Source: a virus. Taken from it: 64,000 nucleotides of DNA. Below, piece by piece: positions 57,191 to 64,000 of this stretch. Location: IMG/VR virus record IMGVR_UViG_3300021142_002226, positions 126,178 through 190,177 of that record. One strand, given 5' to 3'. Each line of letters begins with the position of its first letter. Position 1 is the stretch's first letter. Made by a program: the position numbers and the translations under genes. Below the pieces are notes generated by a model. That model saw only the letters and a list, made by a program, of their open reading frames with translations, had not been told where the DNA came from and made no database searches.

Positions 57191-57511
57191 ATGAGATATA
57201 TGTCGTTGGTTTTATACGACAGGACAAAAGTACAACTTAGTTTGGATAAACCAAATTTTTTTTTCAGCCAAACCATATATTTGTTTTTGTAATGTGTGCT
57301 ATAAGTTACATAACATTTTTGGTATTTCAAAATATTTTGGTATATATTTTTTTGTGTAATGTGTATATTTAGGCTACCTTTGATTTCTTCACTTTGTCAG
57401 CGCCCTGCCTACTATGTGTCCTTCAGCTGAAGCAAAGATACAACAATATTTTTAAACTACAAAATATTTCTCAAACATTTTTTTTTATAATATAATGATC
57501 GATGCAAAAAA

Positions 57512-57535
57512 AAAGCTATCCATTTGGATAGCTTT
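57512..57535 (-). terminator. Intrinsic terminator
   Basis: aaagctatcca-tt-tggatagcttt. Confidence 0.7.
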
Positions 57536-57544
57536 GTAGTTTTT

Positions 57545-57793
57545 TTATTTGATGCCTGCGATAGCTTTTAGTTCCTTCTTTATTCGCTTTGCAGTTTCGC
57601 CTCTCCATTTGCTTGAATTTCCCAAAAAATAAATAATAATTGACTTGGCAGAATCGGCACCATAGTTGTCGGTTATTTTGTCCAAACTGTATAAGGCGTT
57701 CAAATAAGGTCTTGCGCCAAAATATACATTTTTCCAATCTTGGTTAATTTCCTTTGCTACTTCGTGTAGTGGTCTTACTGTTGTTGTTGTCAT
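57545..57793 (-). CDS. Phage hypothetical protein
   Basis: 82 aa (RPLHEVAKEI..DWKNVYFGARPYL); own promoter and terminator. Confidence 0.7.
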   Translation of the reverse strand: MTTTTVRPLHEVAKEINQDWKNVYFGARPYLNALYSLDKITDNYGADSAKSIIIYFLGNSSKWRGETAKRIKKELKAIAGIK

Positions 57794-57932
57794 ATGTTTT
57801 ATATTTTTTTGTTACTGCAAAGATATGTAATAGTATTCAAACTACAAAATTTATTTTCAGTTTAGCCAAAGCATTCAAACATTATAGCATTCAATACATG
57901 GATCGCTGGGTATAAAGCATTCAATAAAAAAA

Positions 57933-57954
57933 GGGACTGTAAGAATACAGTCCC
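57933..57954 (-). terminator. Intrinsic terminator
   Basis: gggactgta...tacagtccc with an A-tract on its left. Confidence 0.7.
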
Positions 57955-57980
57955 ATATATAACCCATTAAACAACAAAGA

Positions 57981-58835
57981 CTATTCTTGTCTGTTCATTT
58001 CCACGAAACAATCAGCAAAGAACTTTTGGTAGTCATCTCTTCCGCCCAATTTTTTATCGGTCATTACCCTTTTTTCACCCAATTTTTTTGCCACTGCGAG
58101 GAACTTGTTTTCTATCTTGTAATATCTTTCCTCTCCACACCATGCAATAAAAGAAAGCAATCCTTTACTTGCATAGGCATTGTATAGAAACCCTGTTTTG
58201 TTATGAAAGTTATCAATAGCTTGTATGCGTCTTTCACCCCTTGCCATATCCAATGCAGAGAACCTGCCTGACTTGATAAGATTTTTTGCTTCAGCCGAAC
58301 CTAAACCTGTAAGTAATTCGGCTATAACGGAATAGGTAAGATGATATTTTTCTTTGAAATCTATAAGGACACAATATCCTTTTTTGTAGTTAACCCATGA
58401 CTTAATGAACTGTGCAAGGCTCCAATTTTTTGCACTATCATTCATTCGTGTAATAATGCCCAATGCTTCAATTTCACTATCGGCTTCAATAATCATGCAG
58501 ACGATAGGCACATTTAAGTTCATTAAAGCCTGACTAAGATGTTGCCCATCACCCCATACACATTTATCTTGTATTTTGATGATTAAGGGATAGCGTAAAA
58601 TACTCTCCAATGATGATATTGAGCTTGCCATTTTAGCAACGTGAGAACCTGCGATAGGTCGGTTTGATTTGAATAAACCGATAAGTTGCGGATTGCTTAC
58701 TTCTACTAATTTTGGATATGTAATAACATCTCCGTTAATAGTTTTTACTTTCCTTTCAGCCAAAATAAGTTTGAACTTCAAAGTTTGGTTTGGCGTAATT
58801 GCTTGTGGCTGTTGTTGTGTTTTTTTGTTTGACAT
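57981..58835 (-). CDS. ParB-like N-terminal domain protein
   Basis: NRPI...HV.KM..SI......P.II......GDGQHL..A. Confidence 0.55.
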   Translation of the reverse strand: MSNKKTQQQPQAITPNQTLKFKLILAERKVKTINGDVITYPKLVEVSNPQLIGLFKSNRPIAGSHVAKMASSISSLESILRYPLIIKIQDKCVWGDGQHLSQALMNLNVPIVCMIIEADSEIEALGIITRMNDSAKNWSLAQFIKSWVNYKKGYCVLIDFKEKYHLTYSVIAELLTGLGSAEAKNLIKSGRFSALDMARGERRIQAIDNFHNKTGFLYNAYASKGLLSFIAWCGEERYYKIENKFLAVAKKLGEKRVMTDKKLGGRDDYQKFFADCFVEMNRQE

Positions 58836-59016
58836 TGTTTTTTGTTTTTAAAGGATTAAATAATGTTGTTTTGTTACTGCAAAGGTAATACTATTTTTGA
58901 TACTACCAAACATATTTTTAAAAATATATGTTTTAGATCTAAAGAAAAAAGTTTAGTTTAGCCAAAGTAAAAAAAGTGATAGGGTATAGGTTTTCACATA
59001 TGGCTATACAAAAAGT

Positions 59017-59229
59017 TTAATATGTTCTTAGTTTGGATAAAAATATATCTTTACATTGGTGATGTACATAAAATGGTGCTTTAGCAAAAAACTTTACCAC
59101 ATGTGTATTGCTGTTCCGCCGTATGCTTATATTACATTCTGCGCATACCAATCCTCCCCTATAAAATATAGGTTCGGTATTAATTAGTTCGGATTTTTTT
59201 GGGTATAGTTTCATGGTACAATTATACAT
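59017..59229 (-). CDS. Hypothetical protein
   Basis: 70 aa with CxxC...HxxC. Confidence 0.45.
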   Translation of the reverse strand: MYNCTMKLYPKKSELINTEPIFYRGGLVCAECNISIRRNSNTHVVKFFAKAPFYVHHQCKDIFLSKLRTY

Positions 59230-59426
59230 TGTTTATTTTCAAATTCCCTATATACTTGTTGCCAATACTTGAAATAACCTTTAGGATGTCGCCTACCTGC
59301 TTTAGTTAAGCGATAGTAACCCAACCCAAAAATGCCGCTCGGATAAAAAGCATATTTTTTAGGTTCATAACCAATATTGGTGTATGCAACGTTAGGCTTA
59401 AGCCTACCGAATTCTATTAATGTCAT
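59211..59426 (-). CDS. Hypothetical protein
   Basis: 71-aa ORF. Confidence 0.5.
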   Translation of the reverse strand: MTLIEFGRLKPNVAYTNIGYEPKKYAFYPSGIFGLGYYRLTKAGRRHPKGYFKYWQQVYREFENKQCIIVP

Positions 59427-59474
59427 AACTTGGTTTGGTTAAACTGAATTAAAAAAGTGATAGGGTTTATATAA

Positions 59475-59738
59475 TTAGAATTTATATACTCGTTCCAATA
59501 CCAACTTGTTCTTGTTGGCAATGTTATTACTTAGCGGAGAAACCTCAAACCTTGAAAATGATTTGCCAAAACGGAATTTCTTGCTCCATTCAGCCAAAGC
59601 CTTTTTGTCTTCAGGATTATAGCCTTCAGGTACTATTGTTTTTAGTTTGGCTGAACCTAACATTGTGTTAATTGGTTCACCGATTGTGTTAGTACGGATT
59701 TTTTGCTTTGTGCCAAAGATGTGAATTAGTTTTTTCAT
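59475..59738 (-). CDS. Hypothetical protein
   Basis: 87 aa; own promoter at 59764. Confidence 0.6.
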   Translation of the reverse strand: MKKLIHIFGTKQKIRTNTIGEPINTMLGSAKLKTIVPEGYNPEDKKALAEWSKKFRFGKSFSRFEVSPLSNNIANKNKLVLERVYKF

Positions 59739-59816
59739 ATAGTATTTTATTTTTGTGTTAGTGCAAAGGTACTACAATTTTTGATACTTGCAATACCCTT
59801 GCACATATATTTGTTT

Positions 59817-60056
59817 TTATACTGCGATAAGCCAATCGGTAACGCCATGATTTACGTTACATGAAACAGTATACCCCTCCTTTCTTAATCGGTCTGCAAC
59901 TGTGGGCATATACAAATATTCCTCAACACTCCAACCATGTGCTGGAGCACATGATGATGTCATGAACATTGTGGATAAGGATTTAGCAGATAATCTGCTT
60001 TTAATTTTGTCCATCATGCTTAGGATGAACTGCTCTTTTGCTTCTTGTGGTGTCAT
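59817..60056 (-). CDS. Hypothetical protein (start revised to MTPQEAK)
   Basis: The longer ORF call reads through the promoter at 60078. Confidence 0.6.
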   Translation of the reverse strand: MTPQEAKEQFILSMMDKIKSRLSAKSLSTMFMTSSCAPAHGWSVEEYLYMPTVADRLRKEGYTVSCNVNHGVTDWLIAV

Positions 60057-60193
60057 GTTATTGTTGTTTTGTTGGTGCAAAGATAATACCATTATTTCAA
60101 TCAAACAAATATTTGTTTATATAATATAAAAAAAGACCTACATAAAAATGCAGGTCTTAACAAACAACAACAATGTATATATGATACACTTTT

Positions 60194-60415
60194 TTATGCA
60201 AGCTCAACTTGTATGTTCCATTCCTCATCGGAAGGGCGTACATAGTTTGTGGTTAGCACACTACTTGCGCCGTATGCAATACATTCCTCGTCCTTGAAAT
60301 TGCAATAAAAGATTTCCTCCGTAATCGGATGTTTGAATTTAGTATTTTTTCTCAATTGATTAAAAACAATCAATTTAGGTTCTTTGGGTTTGTTACCCTT
60401 GAAATTATTTGACAT
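60194..60415 (-). CDS. Hypothetical protein
   Basis: 73 aa; own promoter at 60433. Confidence 0.55.
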   Translation of the reverse strand: MSNNFKGNKPKEPKLIVFNQLRKNTKFKHPITEEIFYCNFKDEECIAYGASSVLTTNYVRPSDEEWNIQVELA

Positions 60416-60472
60416 TTTATTTTAGTTTTTTACAAATATAAACAATCTATTTGAAATAAACAAGTATTTTTT

Positions 60473-60664
60473 TTAATTAAGATTTATGTAGGTTGCACAA
60501 ATAACATCACCCAGGTTTTCAAATTCTACACCGCTATCCATAATTGCATCAAGAAACATTAACATCAATGGCACAACTTGCACCATTTGCGTCATGGTTC
60601 TTTCCTCGCCATTATGAAAGAATATTGGTTCAATGTTTTCAATGTGTTGGTCAGCTTTATTCAT
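60473..60664 (-). CDS. Hypothetical protein
   Basis: 63-aa ORF. Confidence 0.5.
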   Translation of the reverse strand: MNKADQHIENIEPIFFHNGEERTMTQMVQVVPLMLMFLDAIMDSGVEFENLGDVICATYINLN

Positions 60665-60860
60665 TATACAAAAGTAATGAATTTATTTTACATTATGAAA
60701 TAAAGTTGATATATTTGTTCTTCAGTCAAACCTTTTATATTCACGTTCTTTGACTTGAACCATAAAACAAGTTCAGCCAAAGTAACTTCAGACTTCAATT
60801 GGATTAGCACCTCTTGTTCAGCCAAAGATAGGGTTATTTCTTGTTCCATATTAGAATTAA

Positions 60861-61073
60861 TTAGTTTTCGTCAACTTCAATCTCAATTATTCGGCAATAA
60901 CCCATTAATTCATCCAAAGGAATTCTGCCATTGGCTGAAGAATAATACCCTTGTTTTTCATAGCGTTTAGCCCATTCCTTGAATGCTTGTTCCGCTTGTT
61001 CAATTGTGTCATATGTGTCTTCAAAATCAATTGAAAATCCATCAGGACTGAGAACGTCAAATTTTTTTGCCAT
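60861..61073 (-). CDS. Hypothetical protein (start revised to MAKKFDV)
   Basis: Own promoter at 61095. Confidence 0.6.
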   Translation of the reverse strand: MAKKFDVLSPDGFSIDFEDTYDTIEQAEQAFKEWAKRYEKQGYYSSANGRIPLDELMGYCRIIEIEVDEN

Positions 61074-61127
61074 TGTGTTGTTGTTTTGTTTCAGCAAAGG
61101 TAATTCATTATTTTTAAACCGCCAAAT

Positions 61128-61361
61128 TTATTTTTCCAAAATTTCATAGGTACTAAAGCCCTCACGCACAAATAACTTAGCAACCAATTCGGCTTCTCTT
61201 TTGTTATAAAACCTCATAGCTCTTCGTTTATCACTGGTAACATGTTCCCTATACTTATTATCCGCACCAATGTTCTCTGGAGTTATATCCATTTTTTCAT
61301 GGTACAACGTTAAAAAATCGTCATTAAATTTTGAGTTATATTTGATAATGTAATATTTCAT
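61128..61361 (-). CDS. Hypothetical protein
   Basis: 77-aa ORF. Confidence 0.55.
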   Translation of the reverse strand: MKYYIIKYNSKFNDDFLTLYHEKMDITPENIGADNKYREHVTSDKRRAMRFYNKREAELVAKLFVREGFSTYEILEK

Positions 61362-61375
61362 ATTATCTATCAGTA

Positions 61376-61600
61376 TTAATTAATTGTAATATAAGTTAGC
61401 CAATAAAGCTCCAAGTTAATCTCTTGGTTGTTACATTCATCCATGAATACCGAAAGGTCAAATATTAAAGCTTCATCACCGAACACATCACGAGCTTCAT
61501 TGTATGTTTCAAATACCGCATTCTCATAAGCATCAGCTACTTCGGTTCTGTCGTATTTGTTAATATCTAAAAGGACTATTTTTACTTTTGGTTGTTCCAT
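61376..61600 (-). CDS. Hypothetical acidic protein
   Basis: 74 aa; own promoter at 61617. Confidence 0.55.
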   Translation of the reverse strand: MEQPKVKIVLLDINKYDRTEVADAYENAVFETYNEARDVFGDEALIFDLSVFMDECNNQEINLELYWLTYITIN

Positions 61601-61664
61601 AATTGTTTTGTTTCAGCAAAGGTAATTCATTATTTTTAAACCACCAAATTTATTTTTATTATTG

Positions 61665-61750
61665 TAGTCAGTACAGGATTCGAACCTGCATACCTACTGT
61701 AATGGATTCGAACCCATCTACCAGTTGTCTACCAATTGCACCACCTGACT
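61665..61750 (-). tRNA. Degenerate tRNA-like RNA (Leu-type D-loop; anticodon undetermined)
   Basis: AGTCAGG/ACTGACT acceptor stem (6 bp plus a mismatch), TG, D-loop AATTGGTAGAC, T-arm GCAGG-TTCGAAT-CCTGT; no canonical anticodon arm. Confidence 0.65.
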
Positions 61751-61758
61751 ATTTTAAT

Positions 61759-61802
61759 CAGCCACCGCCACATGATGTTTCCATTGCATGTATTGGTGAC
61801 TG
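61759..61802 (-). ncRNA. Structured hairpin RNA 5' of the tRNA-like element
   Basis: CAGTCACC..ACATG..ATG-GAAA-CAT-CATGT..GGTGGCTG nested stems with a GNRA loop, directly after the promoter at 61816. Confidence 0.45.
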
Positions 61803-61854
61803 AAATTTCTTATTGCAAAGATACAATACTATTTTGAACTTTCCAAATTTATTT

Positions 61855-62154
61855 TTACCAAAGATAAGTTTCCTGAAATTTTACTTTTGTCTTTATCCAG
61901 TCCATGATCTGTCCAGCATAGTAACTTGTGGTCAGGTCATGTAGGAAATTGTCTATTGTCCTTGCAGCTTCTTTCAGGTCAAGGTTGACTTCTTTCCTTG
62001 TAAATTCTTTTGCATTGCTTTGGTCGGAGCTTTTTTTCGAGCCTTTTGAATAATCCCACTCCTTACCGATTACCTTAACGGTCTTACCGTTTGCTTCAAC
62101 GGTAATTACACCCCCCTTACATAGCTCACCCAATTTCCATGTTTTTGTTGCCAT
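61855..62154 (-). CDS. Hypothetical protein
   Basis: 99 aa; own promoter at 62177. Confidence 0.65.
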   Translation of the reverse strand: MATKTWKLGELCKGGVITVEANGKTVKVIGKEWDYSKGSKKSSDQSNAKEFTRKEVNLDLKEAARTIDNFLHDLTTSYYAGQIMDWIKTKVKFQETYLW

Positions 62155-62209
62155 TGTTTTAGTTATTTTGTTTCAACAAAGATACAATACTATTTTGAAC
62201 TTTCCAAAT

Positions 62210-62431
62210 TTATTTAAAAACTAATTTACATTCGGTCAATTTCGCATTCTTGAATTTGGTTTTAATTACTTCTTCCCATGACTTTGCACTCTTTTTATCC
62301 CCCCATACGGTTGCCTCATTTGGGCTTTGTACACTAACATACTCAAATGAAATTCTACCCTTTGGAATTCGGTTTATCCTAACACAATTATCAGTTCCGT
62401 CATTAACCTTAAATACAAAATATTTACCCAT
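62210..62431 (-). CDS. Hypothetical protein
   Basis: 73-aa ORF. Confidence 0.55.
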   Translation of the reverse strand: MGKYFVFKVNDGTDNCVRINRIPKGRISFEYVSVQSPNEATVWGDKKSAKSWEEVIKTKFKNAKLTECKLVFK

Positions 62432-62437
62432 AACATA

Positions 62438-62962
62438 TTACAATTTATTATGTATGAAAATAGGTTTGCCGAATTTCATCATAATATCACCATAGGTAGC
62501 AAAATTGGTTGCTTTTAAAGCCGACAAACCTCTATAATCCAAACATTGTTGTAATAATGTTTCGTTAAGATTTTCCTTTGGTGGATAACGTAAAATAACA
62601 TTACGTTTTGGGTTATATGCTATTGCAATACTGTTAAAGCATTTAACTTTAAATGTTTCATCGCCAAAATCCTCTAATGTAATTTCTCTCTCAATAACCA
62701 TATCACCATTCATCAGTTCAGCCAAAAGAACATATCCATTCAACGCACCTTTGTAGGCATCGTTAAATCCTTGTACCCTTTGTTTTGGTTGTCGGTAGGT
62801 AATATCACCAACGGTATTGGTATTGCCACCACAATAATCACAATGCAATGATACATATATTTCGGTATCTATTGGCATTTGGTCGTCATTAGTTGCCAAC
62901 GGTTGGTGGTCAATAATTTTAACTTGGTCGGAGCCACATAGTGGGCAGTAAAGTACTTTCAT
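62438..62962 (-). CDS. Hypothetical protein with N-terminal zinc ribbon (start revised)
   Basis: CPLCG...CDYCG; own promoter at 62984. Confidence 0.6.
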   Translation of the reverse strand: MKVLYCPLCGSDQVKIIDHQPLATNDDQMPIDTEIYVSLHCDYCGGNTNTVGDITYRQPKQRVQGFNDAYKGALNGYVLLAELMNGDMVIEREITLEDFGDETFKVKCFNSIAIAYNPKRNVILRYPPKENLNETLLQQCLDYRGLSALKATNFATYGDIMMKFGKPIFIHNKL

Positions 62963-63027
62963 GTTATTGTTGTTTTGTTTCTGCAAAGATAATACGTTTA
63001 ATTCAATCAAACAAATATTTGTTTTTA

Positions 63028-63855
63028 TTATGTATTATCATTTGGCACTTTGAATACTTTTTTATTACATTTGATAACCTTGCCAATCAATTCATCAATG
63101 AAATAACCACCATTGCCCTCACAATAAAATCTTTGGTCATCACTCCAATTCTCTGGGTTATTAAGCAGTTCATAGGTTTCTTTGGCATTTATGCGTTCTT
63201 GTCTGCCCCAATTATCGATAGTTTCAAGGCAACCAACAATCTTTAATACTTCCGTAAACTTTATATCCCCACAACGGATTGTATTTGTTGGCTGTTCATT
63301 CCAACCAAAGTAACATTCACCATAAGGCAAACCAATTTTTTCCATGAATAATATCCTACCTTTATCCTCACCTATTCCATTATCCTCATGCCATGTGGTA
63401 TTGTCATACCTAATAATACCAAAGCCCCTCTCATTCGCACTTTCAATTTCATCATCCACAAGGTCATTGTACTGGATAATAGCCTTAGCTTTGTTCCAAA
63501 ATGATATTGTGCTTTCATCCACATACTCGCTGAAATCGGCAACGTAATGGGTAACATCATCATTCACTTTGGCTGAACCAATTTGGTAACAATGATTAAC
63601 CCCACCAATTAATTCATCCAAAGCAACATTCTCCCCACCATTGAACCGCCACATACTAACATTGCCCTTGGCATCAATATCAGTTGTAGGAAAATAAACT
63701 TCACCCTCGACAAGTTGTTCATCCAAACAAACCTTTAATAATGGATTTGTTTCGGCAATGAAATAATCTCTTGCTTTGGCTGAACTATCAAAGAATAAAA
63801 CCTCACTATCACCAGTAAGGTGCTTTGTTATCATAACGTAGTGCAATGTTTTCAT
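63028..63855 (-). CDS. Hypothetical protein (start revised to MKTLHY)
   Basis: Own promoter at 63877. Confidence 0.6.
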   Translation of the reverse strand: MKTLHYVMITKHLTGDSEVLFFDSSAKARDYFIAETNPLLKVCLDEQLVEGEVYFPTTDIDAKGNVSMWRFNGGENVALDELIGGVNHCYQIGSAKVNDDVTHYVADFSEYVDESTISFWNKAKAIIQYNDLVDDEIESANERGFGIIRYDNTTWHEDNGIGEDKGRILFMEKIGLPYGECYFGWNEQPTNTIRCGDIKFTEVLKIVGCLETIDNWGRQERINAKETYELLNNPENWSDDQRFYCEGNGGYFIDELIGKVIKCNKKVFKVPNDNT

Positions 63856-64000
63856 TATTATGTTGTTTTGTTGTTGCAAAGATAAGTAAGAATATTCAAA
63901 CCACCAAATTTATTAAAATAAGTAGTTTTTGATTTATAATGAATTTCCAGTACCTTTATAAATTAAAGTAATTACATTTCTTGGTATATTATCGTATGTA

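Larger units (their letters stand above)
55932..63908 (-). promoter_or_regulatory. Array of at least 14 Bacteroidota-type (TTTG/TTG-N19/20-TAnnTTTG) promoters
   Basis: -7 boxes (plus-strand CAAAnnTA) at 55932, 57225, 57433, 57818, 58880, 59764, 60078, 60433, 61095, 61617, 61816, 62177, 62984, 63877. Confidence 0.88.

Noticed and set aside
61658-61812. tmRNA or Y RNA
   Set aside because: Too short for tmRNA, with no tag ORF; the ends lie at the acceptor stem rather than in a permuted arrangement.
60054-63024. CRISPR array or mini-array
   Set aside because: The repeats are promoter cassettes separated by whole genes, not by uniform 30-40 nt spacers, and no cas genes are present.
11068-63879. 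Long N-terminal extensions in the ORF track (11068, 26896, 32985, 33829, 33983, 54147, 55942, 60104, 63010, 63879)
   Set aside because: They read through promoter or leader sequences; internal ATGs fit the promoter positions and motif starts better.
1-64000. Stop-codon recoding, as in some large Bacteroidota phages
   Set aside because: Genes are full-length and densely packed under code 11, and TAG and TGA serve as normal stops (e.g. 1099, 9599).

Overview
This AT-rich 64-kb window comes from a large T4-like (myovirus-type) phage genome. The host is very probably Bacteroidota: TTTG-N19/20-TAnnTTTG promoters recur throughout, leaders are A-rich without Shine-Dalgarno sites, and there is a DUF4494-like gene. 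It uses the standard genetic code. The left part is the head module: terminase, portal, AAA ATPase, GIY-YIG endonuclease, prohead protease, scaffold and gp23-like major capsid protein. The middle holds dNMP kinase, ThyA, ClpC, a UvrD-like helicase, two muralytic enzymes, LamG-type structural proteins, pirin, YceI and a GAF-PAS histidine kinase/response-regulator operon. The right end (after about 54,970) is an array of short minus-strand genes, most with their own host-type promoter, plus one degenerate tRNA-like RNA. There are four inteins. Those in TerL and ClpC are naturally split, have very short N-fragments, and are each interrupted by a free-standing endonuclease gene. The portal intein is contiguous and HNH-type; the helicase intein is contiguous, LAGLIDADG-type, with class-3 signatures. 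The most striking unexplained pattern is a roughly 18-residue N-terminal leader (MKLNEQIxRIKxMMGLxE) on at least 11 otherwise unrelated proteins. It resembles the scaffold's C-terminal helix and contains T4 gp21-type L-x-E motifs, so it may be a modular capsid-loading tag for diverse effector cargo. All function calls come from motif recognition by eye; no searches were run.
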